Assembly: GCA_001627865.1 (NCBI GenBank)
Contig: LUQO01000013.1
Coordinates: forward strand, 44,714-108,713
Length of the DNA stretch: 64,000 nt
Direction: 5' to 3'
Source of the DNA: SAR324 cluster bacterium REDSEA-S27_B3
GTDB taxonomy: Bacteria; SAR324; NAC60-12
In this document: positions 44,805 through 54,454 of the stretch, one piece after another
Layout: each line of letters begins with the position of its first letter
Numbering within the stretch: position 1 is the first letter of the stretch
Notes under the pieces: generated by a model
Databases searched by the model: none
Seen by the model: the letters and a program-made list of their open reading frames with translations, nothing else
Told to the model about the DNA's origin: nothing
Position numbers and translations under genes: made by a program

Positions 44805-47060
44805 ATGGAGATCCCGGAAAATATATTAACAGAGTGTCATGAGTACGGAGTAGCAGCTTATCCGGAAGAGACCTGTGGCTTTATCATAGGAAATCGGGAA
44901 GTTCCGGATTCGCTTGAGACTGTATTGCCGATGCGCAATATCATGAATGATCTGCATGAGAAGGATCCGGCGCAGTATCCGCGTACCGCCCGTGACGGAT
45001 ATGTGATTGATCCGCTGGAGCAATTGAAACTTGAACGTTCCCTTAAAAAAGAAGGGAAGGAAATTAAAGTAATTTATCACAGTCATCCGGATGTTGGGGC
45101 TTATTTCTCAGCAAAAGACAAGGAAGACGCGCTGTGGAACGGGAAGGCGCGTTATCCCGGTGTAAGTTTTCTGGTCTGCGGAACAACCGATGGAAAACCT
45201 GATGGGGCTATTATTGCGGACTTTAATCAGGACAGCGGAGATTTTGATATAACTCCGGTTACTGTCAATTCATCTGCAGCGTCCGGGGGTCTTGTAGGTG
45301 GCACTTTTGGAATTACCGGAATCCTGCCCACCATTGATTTCATTCATGAGTGGAAAAATGGAAATCGTGAACTGCAGTACGGATATTTTCGTTTTGTTAA
45401 CCACCAGCACATCAAAGACCTGCATGCAGAGTTGTGTTCCCGTTCAGGAGCAAGGTACGCGCTCACTTACTGTTCCGGAAGCGCCGCTCTATTTGAACTG
45501 TTGATTTATCTGCGTGAATCCCTCCCAAATATAAATCTTTATTTTTCCTCCAATTCAGCTCTTTCTGCTGACGGAATCCAGAGCCTTGAAATTTCGTGTA
45601 AATCGCTTGATCTGAAAAATCTGATTGATCCGGAGTTGCTGTCCGCAAAGAACGGAGATGTTTTGCTGTTGGCGATGGAAGCTCCGGAATTATTTGTAAA
45701 AGAAAATTCAGAATGGCTGGCAAAATTAAAACGCCAGAGGGTGACAGTTATTTTTTACTCCTCAAATCTGCAGGCTTCTGATCAGTGGCCAGTCGGACTT
45801 ACTTTCTGGATATCTGCAATCAGCAGTCCGGAAACAGCTACAAAACATTCCGGAATTGAAGGCGGAGTAATCCTCAGCAACGCGGACCGGCAGATTGCTG
45901 AATTGACTGAGACACGCAAACGTAACGGTTCTGTTCTGTCCGCCCGCAATGCCGCGGTTTTGCTCAAAATGCTGAAGGAAGAAGATACAGATTTGCATGA
46001 CATTGCCAAACTTTCCGGAATTAACAAAACCTGGGAACTTTCAAATCCGGAGCAGAAGATTACAGAAAAGTTATGTGAATGGGAACATGCCACAGCCGGT
46101 TTTTTATTTCCTTCAGGCATGTCGGCAGTTCATTCCGTGATGAATCTTCTGCGTAAAAAAAGCAAAAACCAGGTTATCGTGATCGGTTTAATGTACAGCG
46201 ACAGCTACAACCTGCTGATGAGTCCGGGACGATCATCCAGATGGGAGGCTGAATTTGTCGGGCTGGATGAACTGGAGAAGTTAGATCAGATTATTTCTGA
46301 GAATACCGCAATGATTGTCACTGAAACAATAACAAATCCTCTTGTGGAGGTACCAGATTTAAACAGGATCGGAGATATTGCTTCGGCGCATGAAGTGCCG
46401 TTTGTTGTTGATAACACGATTGCCTCTCCGGTAAATTGCCAGCCAATAGACTACGGAGCGGATTATGTAATTCACAGCACCACCAAATATCTGAGCGGCA
46501 GCAATGATCACGCTGGTGGAGTTGTGCTGGCAAAAAATTCACGGAACGCTTCCGCAATCGAGAATTTCCGACGCTGCTGGGGACTGAGGTTATCTCCTTT
46601 AGAGTCAACAGTTCTCTGGGAATGCATGCAGGACTTTGCTGAACGGATGGCTCGGTTTAACTCAAACTGCACTGCCGTGGCTGATTTCCTGTCTGAGCAT
46701 GCAGCAGTTGATATGGTTTACCATCCATCTCAAAGTTCTCATTCTTCATATTTCACTGCAAAAAAACTGCTCAGCGGAAATGGAGGAGTGGTCAGTTTCA
46801 CTCTGAAGGACGAAAGTGAAAATGCTTTGAAGATATTCCATGACAAAGAATTTTCTTCAATAATCAAGGCACCGTCAATTGGTTCAAATCAAACCTTGAT
46901 TTGTCCGTACCCAATGCTGACACACTATTTTGACACTGATGAAGATCTCAGGGAAATCAAGCTGCCTCGTCACCTGATCCGTGTCTCTGTGGGCTGCGAA
47001 ACAGAAATTGAGGGGATATTAACTGATTTAGACTGCGCGCTGAAAAGGACTATTCAGTAA
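44805..47060 (+). CDS. Fusion protein: N-terminal JAMM/MPN+ metalloprotease (Mec+/HcyD/QbsD-like), central degenerate PLP-like region, C-terminal Cys/Met-metabolism PLP-dependent enzyme (MetY/CGS-like sulfhydrylase)
   Basis: JAMM motif HSHPDVGAYFSAKD with upstream EETCGFIIG. C-terminal domain with PLP-lysine motif HSTTKYLSGSNDHAGG and typical end LIRVSVGCE. Central ~250 aa faintly resemble a second aminotransferase-fold fragment. Confidence 0.7.
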   Translation: MEIPENILTECHEYGVAAYPEETCGFIIGNREVPDSLETVLPMRNIMNDLHEKDPAQYPRTARDGYVIDPLEQLKLERSLKKEGKEIKVIYHSHPDVGAYFSAKDKEDALWNGKARYPGVSFLVCGTTDGKPDGAIIADFNQDSGDFDITPVTVNSSAASGGLVGGTFGITGILPTIDFIHEWKNGNRELQYGYFRFVNHQHIKDLHAELCSRSGARYALTYCSGSAALFELLIYLRESLPNINLYFSSNSALSADGIQSLEISCKSLDLKNLIDPELLSAKNGDVLLLAMEAPELFVKENSEWLAKLKRQRVTVIFYSSNLQASDQWPVGLTFWISAISSPETATKHSGIEGGVILSNADRQIAELTETRKRNGSVLSARNAAVLLKMLKEEDTDLHDIAKLSGINKTWELSNPEQKITEKLCEWEHATAGFLFPSGMSAVHSVMNLLRKKSKNQVIVIGLMYSDSYNLLMSPGRSSRWEAEFVGLDELEKLDQIISENTAMIVTETITNPLVEVPDLNRIGDIASAHEVPFVVDNTIASPVNCQPIDYGADYVIHSTTKYLSGSNDHAGGVVLAKNSRNASAIENFRRCWGLRLSPLESTVLWECMQDFAERMARFNSNCTAVADFLSEHAAVDMVYHPSQSSHSSYFTAKKLLSGNGGVVSFTLKDESENALKIFHDKEFSSIIKAPSIGSNQTLICPYPMLTHYFDTDEDLREIKLPRHLIRVSVGCETEIEGILTDLDCALKRTIQ

Positions 47061-47340
47061 CATAATCAACCACGATGGAACCGGAACATAGATTCCGCAT
47101 GGTTTCAAGAACAGGTAAATGGTTAGGATGTTCGGCGTAGGCAGTCAAGCCTTCCTTATCATCAAAATGTGTGGTAAGCACAAAATCATAGGAGCGTTCC
47201 GATTCCTTGAAATCCACACCAACCTCAATATAGCGTAAAGATTCAACCTTTCCTTCCAGACTCCTCAAAGTAGAAACCGCGTGATCCATATTTTCCGAGG
47301 TTTTTTCTTTGAGTTTGAACATTACAATATGCTTGACCAT
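47050..47340 (-). CDS. Dabb-type stress-responsive alpha+beta barrel protein
   Basis: 96 aa, MVKHIVMFKLKE...YAEHPNHL pattern typical of Dabb/YciI-like proteins. Confidence 0.5.
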   Translation of the reverse strand: MVKHIVMFKLKEKTSENMDHAVSTLRSLEGKVESLRYIEVGVDFKESERSYDFVLTTHFDDKEGLTAYAEHPNHLPVLETMRNLCSGSIVVDYVTE

Positions 47341-47347
47341 ATTTCTC

Positions 47348-48580
47348 CTATGTTTCCAAGATAAGTCTGTGATAGCGCTTTTTGCCTGCTCTCAGCAGAA
47401 TTTGCTGATCCTGCAAATCAGTTTCTTCAAGACAGAAGTCCGGATCATCAATGCGTTGATTGTTAACATATACTCCGCCCTGTGACTGTAATCGACGGGC
47501 TTCGCCTTTTGATTTGCAGAGACCTGTTTCCATAAAAATATCAAAAATTCCAAGTCCTGCTGAAAAACGCGAGGAATCAATTGTGGTGCTGGGTACATTT
47601 GATTTGCCCGCGTCACCTGCTGATGCGCTTTCGGAAAAAAGTGACTCTGCCGCCTGTTGAGCCTGACTTGCTTTTTCACTGCCATGAACAATTGCGGTTG
47701 TTTCAAAAGCCAGCCGCTGTTTGGCCTGCCGTATGTCTGCTCCCCGGAGTTTACCGAGTTCCCTCACTTCAGCCATCGGCAGGAAAGTAAACAAGGCCAG
47801 GAATCTTTCTACGTCATCATCTTCCGTGTTGATCCAGTACTGGTAATATTCGTAAGGAGAGGTACGTTTTGGATCAAGCCAGACTGCGCCCTTTTCCGTT
47901 TTCCCCATTTTTTTTCCGGATGATGTAGTCAGCAGCGGATATGTCCAGCCGAAGGCATCCTTGCGTTCAACGCGGCGTATCAAATCTGTTCCTGAAATGA
48001 TATTTGCCCACTGGTCATCACCGCCCATCTGCAGAACACAGCCGTAGCGTCTGTTCAGCTCCAGGAAATCATAAGCCTGCAGAAGCTGATAATTGAATTC
48101 AAGAAAACTCAGTCCGGTGTCAAACCTTACCTTGTAAGTCTCAAATGAAAGCATACGGTTAACCGAAAAATGCCGTCCGATGTCACGCAGGAAATCGATG
48201 TAATTCAAATCGCGCAGCCATTCAGAGTTGTTCACAAGCACGGCATCTTGACTGAAGTCCAGGAAACGCTCAAATTGGGGGAGCATCCCTTCAATATTTG
48301 ATTGCAGCTGCTCTTCTGTCAGCATCTTGCGAATCTCTGTTTTACCGCTCGGATCACCGATCATAGCGGTTCCGCCGCCCATCAGTGCGATTATTCTGTG
48401 TCCTCCTCTCTGCATGTGTGCCAGTCCCATCAGCGGGATCAGATGTCCTACATGCATTGAGTCCGCCGTGGGATCGAATCCAATGTAACAGCAAATCCGG
48501 TCTTTTTTCAGACATTCTGCCAGCTCATCCGGATGAGTACTTTGTTGATAAAAGCCACGATCTTTGAGTTCTTCCAGCAT
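47348..48580 (-). CDS. tyrS: Tyrosyl-tRNA synthetase
   Basis: Class I motifs HVGHLIP (HIGH) and KMGKTE (KMSKS-like), C-terminal S4 domain. 410 aa. Confidence 0.85.
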   Translation of the reverse strand: MLEELKDRGFYQQSTHPDELAECLKKDRICCYIGFDPTADSMHVGHLIPLMGLAHMQRGGHRIIALMGGGTAMIGDPSGKTEIRKMLTEEQLQSNIEGMLPQFERFLDFSQDAVLVNNSEWLRDLNYIDFLRDIGRHFSVNRMLSFETYKVRFDTGLSFLEFNYQLLQAYDFLELNRRYGCVLQMGGDDQWANIISGTDLIRRVERKDAFGWTYPLLTTSSGKKMGKTEKGAVWLDPKRTSPYEYYQYWINTEDDDVERFLALFTFLPMAEVRELGKLRGADIRQAKQRLAFETTAIVHGSEKASQAQQAAESLFSESASAGDAGKSNVPSTTIDSSRFSAGLGIFDIFMETGLCKSKGEARRLQSQGGVYVNNQRIDDPDFCLEETDLQDQQILLRAGKKRYHRLILET

Positions 48581-48585
48581 GATAA

Positions 48586-49188
48586 TCAGTTATCAATTGT
48601 GTGACGTCCGGAAAAGGCTTCCATCAGTGTTATATCATCTACATATTCCAAGTCTCCTCCGGCGGGAATCCCGCAGGCAAGACGTGTAATGTTGGAGATT
48701 TTTGCAGAAAATTCATGCTGCAGAAACAGAGCAGTTGCCTCGCCCTTTACTGTTGGATTTGTTGCCAGAATCAATTCGTTGATCTCATTGTCGTTTATTC
48801 TGTTGCGCAGTTTTGCCAGATTGAGCTGCTGAGGACCAATGCCGTCAAGGGGTGAGATTGCACCCATTAAAACGTGGTACACACCCTTGAAAACGCCGCT
48901 CTTTTCGATGGGAAAGATATTATTCGGCTGTTCCACCACGCACAGCTGTTTTTGGTCACGTCCGGAGTGTGTGCATATCGCGCATGGATCGATGTCCGTG
49001 AATCCGGAACATACTGAACAAAAACGGATTTTTTCCTTGACCTGTGTGAGGGCATCTGTCAGATTTTGTGTTTCTTCAGGCGTGTAGCGGAGAATACTCA
49101 AGGCCAGGCGCTGCGCGGTTTTGCGGCCGACACCAGGAAAACGTGAAAACTCGTCAATCAGCCGTTCCAGAGCGGCAGGAATCTGCAT
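48586..49188 (-). CDS. recR: Recombination protein RecR
   Basis: HhH N-terminus (FPGVGRKTAQRLA), C4 zinc finger (CSVCSG...CAIC), Toprim domain. 200 aa. Confidence 0.85.
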   Translation of the reverse strand: MQIPAALERLIDEFSRFPGVGRKTAQRLALSILRYTPEETQNLTDALTQVKEKIRFCSVCSGFTDIDPCAICTHSGRDQKQLCVVEQPNNIFPIEKSGVFKGVYHVLMGAISPLDGIGPQQLNLAKLRNRINDNEINELILATNPTVKGEATALFLQHEFSAKISNITRLACGIPAGGDLEYVDDITLMEAFSGRHTIDN

Positions 49189-49194
49189 GAGGAA

Positions 49195-49713
49195 TCAGGA
49201 CTCTACTTCAGGGAAATGCAGATCAGGCTGGCGTGCTTCCGTAAGAATCAATCCCAGAGGATCAAGAATTTTTAAATCCATATCCAGCGACTTCTCATCC
49301 CATTCATCCTGATAAGGACTGACAATGCCGCCGGCTATATTTTCCAGCCTCTTCCTGTATTCTTTTTCCGCGGCTTGCAGGTTTTCCAGCATTCCTATTC
49401 CTTTTTTTGCAAGAGGCTTGATAAATCCGGGGATTTTGGTTTCCCTGAACAATTCATCCAATCGTTTCGAATTACGCAGGGAGATGGTGTATTCGGCACG
49501 CACATCAATATGTATCTCTTCTTCTTCCACCAAAGTACCGCATTTTTTGTGTACTCTGCCGTCAGGCATTGCCACTTCTGAATATTCAAGGGTATTGCAT
49601 TTAGGACAATGCAGCCAGACTATCCACCCTGGAATCGGCGCGTTACGTGCTTCGTCTTCTTTCCTGGCACGGCGGTCGGCGAGGTTTATGACTTTTGCAG
49701 TAGTGTTACTCAT
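49195..49713 (-). CDS. Hypothetical protein with zinc-ribbon-like CxxC...C motif
   Basis: 172 aa, CPKCN...KCGT. Not YbaB-like despite position upstream of recR. Confidence 0.4.
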   Translation of the reverse strand: MSNTTAKVINLADRRARKEDEARNAPIPGWIVWLHCPKCNTLEYSEVAMPDGRVHKKCGTLVEEEEIHIDVRAEYTISLRNSKRLDELFRETKIPGFIKPLAKKGIGMLENLQAAEKEYRKRLENIAGGIVSPYQDEWDEKSLDMDLKILDPLGLILTEARQPDLHFPEVES

Positions 49714-50153
49714 CTTGAGAATTGATGCGCGTCTTCACGTGTAACAACTGAGGTAAACAGTATAATCCATGATTGCGGGTAATGCTTAATTCTCACTTAT
49801 TTTATATATTTTGTCAAAGTATTTAATAATCAGTAAACACAGTTGAAGCTAAGAAAATAACACAAATTTACAGCGTACTACAGCCGGAAAATGACAATGT
49901 TATAAACATAAGCAAATGTATGAAAACAGCTCTTCATTTCTTAATCAACAAGGGACATTGTCAAAACATCGTTTTTTTCTTGACAGGTATCTGCTGATGT
50001 TATATCTTCGACCACATTATAGTCTGCGATCTACGAGTTTATTGTCTGTAAAAAAAGATTGCGATCGAATTGATAATTAATGTTGAGCATTGTGACTGCA
50101 TTGACTTTCTTACTGATTGAAATTTCTCATAAACAAAAATTAAGGAGTAAAAG

Positions 50154-50507
50154 ATGAAAAATGTATTGTTGATTTTAGTAGTTTTATGTTTTAGTCTTGC
50201 CATGGTGTCCTGCGCCAAAACTTATTCAAAAATTGTAAATTCCAAAGTAACCAATCTGACCATTGAAAACTCCTCCGCTACTGATTCAAAAATTGATGAT
50301 TCTACAATTGAAGACTCATCAGTTAAAAAATCGACAGTTACCAAATCAAAAATTACAGATGCATCAAAAATACTTAGTAATTCAGTGATTGAAAATTCAA
50401 CAATCATTAATTCAACAATCTCAAATTCAACCATCAAAAATCAGACAATTGAAAATCAGACGATTACCAATTCAACAGTAATTAAAACCGAATCAAAGGC
50501 AGAATAG
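50154..50507 (+). CDS. Lipoprotein with low-complexity Ser/Thr/Asn-rich short tandem repeats
   Basis: RBS AAGGAG. Lipobox MVSC. Repeated (V/I)xNS(T/K) units (ENSTIINSTISNSTIKNQTIENQTITNSTV). Confidence 0.4.
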   Translation: MKNVLLILVVLCFSLAMVSCAKTYSKIVNSKVTNLTIENSSATDSKIDDSTIEDSSVKKSTVTKSKITDASKILSNSVIENSTIINSTISNSTIKNQTIENQTITNSTVIKTESKAE

Positions 50508-50743
50508 TAAATAATTTACCCTCCAAACAGACAAAATCCTGAACCTCCCCAAACATGTGAGAATGATTTAAATTCTCACATGGATTCTTTTTAACTCCCT
50601 CATCAAGCTCATGGGCGCTGAAAACTGTCGTTAGAAGCACGTCTCTCTTATTGATATTTTTTCAATAAATTCCATTTCCTGACATTATCATTGACTGTTG
50701 CGGCAACGCAGGATTTAATGGAAACTGTATTAAGGGAGTAATT

Positions 50744-51142
50744 ATGGATATGCCTGTAGGAGATAACAGACCTGAAGCGCCCAGAAATGTGCTGGGTGAG
50801 CCAATGGTAAGCTGCTGTGAAGATCCATTGACAGGTTTTTACAGAAACGGGAGGTGTGATACCGGACCTGATGACCTGGGACTTCACACGGTATGTGTTC
50901 AGGCAACAGATGAATTTCTGGAATATTCCATGTCAGTTGGCAACGATCTTAGCACACCGATGACGGAATTCGGTTTCCCTGGCCTGAAGGAAGGCGACCG
51001 CTGGTGTTTGTGCCTGTCACGCTGGAAGCAGGCCTACGATGCCGGGAAAGCGCCGCGGGTATTTCTGGCTTCAACTCATGAAGCATCTCTTGAAATGGTA
51101 CCACTGGAAGTTTTTCTGGAATATGCCATCGATGTGAATTGA
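50744..51142 (+). CDS. DUF2237-family protein
   Basis: Conserved Cys pattern (CCEDPLTGFYRNGRCDTGPDD...HTVCV...WCLC). Confidence 0.5.
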   Translation: MDMPVGDNRPEAPRNVLGEPMVSCCEDPLTGFYRNGRCDTGPDDLGLHTVCVQATDEFLEYSMSVGNDLSTPMTEFGFPGLKEGDRWCLCLSRWKQAYDAGKAPRVFLASTHEASLEMVPLEVFLEYAIDVN

Positions 51143-51293
51143 CTCAGTACAGCTGCATTTTCACTGGCTTGTCCTTCCAAAAAAATTTCTTTCCATACCT
51201 GTAAGTTATAATTGACATTTATAATAATTGGTGTTAAGTCTGAGATATAACTGAACCATCCCAGGTGACTGGGATTTTAGCATCAAGGAAAAG

Positions 51294-52046
51294 ATGGAAA
51301 AGATATTACACATAACACTGGTTTCATTTATTTGGCTGACAATATTTTCCTGCGCGAAAATTGACAACTACTCCGAAACAGCAAATGCTTCCCTGACAAA
51401 GCAAGTCTGGTCTTTTGCATATGACTTTTTGAATGAAGCAGCGCTGGAGTCTGCAGACAAACAAATTATATCAGCACAAAAAACCGGCGAAGCTGGCGGA
51501 AATACTCAATCCGATACAAATCGCATTTTACTTGTAAAACGCGATTCATCCGGAACCAAAGAGTGGATAAAAGAGCTGGGAATCTCTGATGAAGAATCCG
51601 GAATATCCATGTCAGTGGATTCTTCAGAAAATATCTATGTGACAGGATATTCCGGACAAGAACATGAGGCGAATAAAAACCAAGGACAATTTGAGGTCTT
51701 CCTTACCAAGTATAATTCCTCCGGAACCAAAGAATGGACAAAACAGTTGGGCAATTCCGAGACTGAGTATGGGGCAGGATTGACCGTGGATTCTGCTGAT
51801 AACATTTACGTAACCGGATTTGGAGAAGAGAATACATTACTGGCAAAATACGACCCTTCCGGAACAAAACAATGGACAAAACAGTTGGTTTCGTCATCAC
51901 CTGATTTTGCATGGGACGTGACTGTGGATTCAGCTGACAAAATCTATGTGACAGGATTTTCCGAGGCCAGCCTTATGGGGGACTTAAACCGGCAGCATGA
52001 TGAAATCCTTTTGTTGAAATTCAATTCGGACGGCATGAAACTATAA
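51294..52046 (+). CDS. Lipoprotein with SBBP-type beta-propeller repeats
   Basis: Lipobox IFSC. Repeated GTKEWTKQLG...D..NIYVTG units. Confidence 0.5.
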   Translation: MEKILHITLVSFIWLTIFSCAKIDNYSETANASLTKQVWSFAYDFLNEAALESADKQIISAQKTGEAGGNTQSDTNRILLVKRDSSGTKEWIKELGISDEESGISMSVDSSENIYVTGYSGQEHEANKNQGQFEVFLTKYNSSGTKEWTKQLGNSETEYGAGLTVDSADNIYVTGFGEENTLLAKYDPSGTKQWTKQLVSSSPDFAWDVTVDSADKIYVTGFSEASLMGDLNRQHDEILLLKFNSDGMKL

Positions 52047-52168
52047 GCATCACTTTCTGCTTCTTTCCTCAAACTCTATTCCCTCTTCTCTGATTGAAGT
52101 CCAATTTTTCACATGCATATAAATCACACATACTAATTTCTCATTACACCAAGCAAAACAGGTAAAAA

Positions 52169-52672
52169 ATGTCGGATAATCATGAAATGGAATTTGTAAT
52201 TGGTGTAGGATGGTATGAAGGAGAATACAAGCACGGAAAATTTGACGGTAAGGGGTCATTCAATTTTTCTGACGGCAGAAGGTATGAAGGCGAATTCAAA
52301 AATGGTGAAAAACACGGCAAAGGAACATTCACTTTTCCTGACGGCAGAAAATATGTTGGTGAATGGAAAAATGGTAAAAGAAACGGTTTTGGAACAGTCA
52401 CTTCATCTGAAGGATACAAATATGTGGGAGAATTCAGGAATGGGAAATGGGACGGCAAGGGCACTTTCACCGCCGCGGACGGAATGAAGTATGTGGGGGA
52501 ATTCAAGCATGGAAAAAATAATGGTTATGGAACACTCACTTTTCCTGATGGAGAAATGTGGGATGGTGAATTCAGAGAGGATAAACCCTGGAACACCACG
52601 CACCATGACAAAGATGGAAATATCTTTGGAAAATACGTTGATGGAAAATGGAACAGCGCGGATCCAAACTAA
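52169..52672 (+). CDS. MORN-repeat protein (family member 1)
   Basis: Six YxGEFKxGKxxGxGT MORN units, then the family C-terminal motif DKPWNTT.HDKDGNIFGKYVDGKWN. Confidence 0.6.
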   Translation: MSDNHEMEFVIGVGWYEGEYKHGKFDGKGSFNFSDGRRYEGEFKNGEKHGKGTFTFPDGRKYVGEWKNGKRNGFGTVTSSEGYKYVGEFRNGKWDGKGTFTAADGMKYVGEFKHGKNNGYGTLTFPDGEMWDGEFREDKPWNTTHHDKDGNIFGKYVDGKWNSADPN

Positions 52673-52903
52673 TGAAACATAATATCAAGACAGAGTGCGG
52701 CAAAGAAAAATATGAAAAACTTTCAAAACGCAAAGGTTTTTTCAACAGGCTGCGCTTTTATTGGTTTGTTTTGATTGGCTCAATAATGGATTTTGGGAAA
52801 GAGAATGCAGTCTGTAAAGAATAAAATTTGTCTTAGGAAGAATTAACTTTTGTTGCAAAACAATTCTGTAAACCGCCAGCATTTGTCAAATTAAAAGTAT
52901 GTT

Positions 52904-53308
52904 ATGAAAAAATTTCTATTTGCATTCAACATTTTGCTGATCATTTTATTTACTGGATGCGGGGACAAGGGTGAATATGTCGGAGACCTGATAAACGAAG
53001 TGCCTGATGGAAAAGGAGTAATGACTTATGAGGATGGATCAAAGTATGATGGCGAATGGCAGGAAGGGAAAAGATTCGGCAAAGGCACCTTAACTTATGA
53101 AGATGGAGCAAAGTACGAAGGTGAATGGAAAGAGGGTGAAATGGAAGGAAAAGGCACATACACCTGGTCAAATGGCGATAAGTATGAAGGTGAATGGAAG
53201 CAGGGCAAAAAACATGGTCAGGGGACAATTCTGTATAAAGATGGAAGCAAGCTGGAGGGAGAGTTCAGGGATGGCAGTCCCTGGAATACAACACTTTACG
53301 ACAAGTGA
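52904..53308 (+). CDS. MORN-repeat lipoprotein (family member 2)
   Basis: Lipobox FTGC, four MORN units, C-terminal SPWNTTLYDK. Confidence 0.6.
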   Translation: MKKFLFAFNILLIILFTGCGDKGEYVGDLINEVPDGKGVMTYEDGSKYDGEWQEGKRFGKGTLTYEDGAKYEGEWKEGEMEGKGTYTWSNGDKYEGEWKQGKKHGQGTILYKDGSKLEGEFRDGSPWNTTLYDK

Positions 53309-53371
53309 AGCAAAATCATCGCATAGAAAATCAGACTCTGCATATCAACATTTACAGGTTTTCTCATCAAT

Positions 53372-54454
53372 ATGAGAAATCATCTCTTCATCACTTTATC
53401 CTGCCTGCTTTTCAGCTCAACCCTGTTTGCCCAGCAAACCGGTATACTCTATCAATGGGAAACCTCTCCCGGCAAAACCTGGAAAACATTTGGAGATCAG
53501 GACGCGCAGCTGAAATACGAAGGTGAAATAAAAAATGGCATACCTGAGGGATTGGGCGTGTCTTCGTTCCATGGCACAACTTATCTTGGTCAATGGCAGA
53601 ATGGAAAAAAACACGGAAGGGGAACATACACCTCTTCTTTTGGAATAAGGTACACAGGAGAATTCAAGCAGGGCAGACGGGACGGGAAAGGAACACTGAC
53701 ATCGCCAGACGGAGAGAAATATGTGGGCGGATTCAAGGATGGCAAGCGGGACGGACAGGGGATCTTCACTTCACCTGATGGAGAAAAGTATGTAGGGGAA
53801 TTCAGGCAGGGCAAATATCATGGACAGGGGACTTTTACCTGGTCAGATGGGACACAGTATATAGGTGTTTTCAGGAAAGGACTTCAAGCCGGTGAGGGAA
53901 CATTAACTTATGGAAAAGGGGAAACAGAAGGCGACAGATATGAAGGCGAATTCAAGGAGGGCAGAAAACATGGCCAGGGGACCTACATTTCTGCTGATGG
54001 CAGAAAATATGTTGGGGAGTGGATAGAGAGCAAACATGATGTCCATGTAATCCTCTCACTTCCAGATGGAGATAAATATACAGGCGGATGGAAAGCAGGC
54101 AGGCTGCATGGCCAGGGGACTTACTATTTCTCAGACGGTGCCATTTACCAGGGTGAGTTCAAAGATGGGAAACGACATGGCCGGGGAACAAATACATGGG
54201 CAGATGGAAGTAAATATGATGGAGAATGGCTGGGTGGTAAAAGGCATGGTCATGGAGTTTTCAGCTGGGCTGATGGTGAAAGCTATATGGGTGAATGGAA
54301 AGATGGTAAGTATAATGGCCAGGGAACTTACACTTTAGCAGACGGCAGAAAAGGAGTGGGTGAGTTCAGAGATGATAAACCGTGGAACATCACGAATTAT
54401 GACAGCTTCGGGCATGAGATAGGCAGCTGGGTTGAAGGTGAAAAAAAGTATTAA
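53372..54454 (+). CDS. MORN-repeat secreted protein (family member 3)
   Basis: Signal peptide, ~12 MORN units, C-terminal DKPWNITNYDSFGHEIGSWVEGEKKY. Confidence 0.65.
   Translation: MRNHLFITLSCLLFSSTLFAQQTGILYQWETSPGKTWKTFGDQDAQLKYEGEIKNGIPEGLGVSSFHGTTYLGQWQNGKKHGRGTYTSSFGIRYTGEFKQGRRDGKGTLTSPDGEKYVGGFKDGKRDGQGIFTSPDGEKYVGEFRQGKYHGQGTFTWSDGTQYIGVFRKGLQAGEGTLTYGKGETEGDRYEGEFKEGRKHGQGTYISADGRKYVGEWIESKHDVHVILSLPDGDKYTGGWKAGRLHGQGTYYFSDGAIYQGEFKDGKRHGRGTNTWADGSKYDGEWLGGKRHGHGVFSWADGESYMGEWKDGKYNGQGTYTLADGRKGVGEFRDDKPWNITNYDSFGHEIGSWVEGEKKY

Noticed and set aside
49714-50153. 440-nt AT-rich intergenic region with TTGACA and repeated TGCGATC motifs
   Set aside because: Likely promoter/leader region for the downstream lipoprotein gene. 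Spacing to any -10 element is poor (15 nt) and no RNA gene structure could be recognised by eye.
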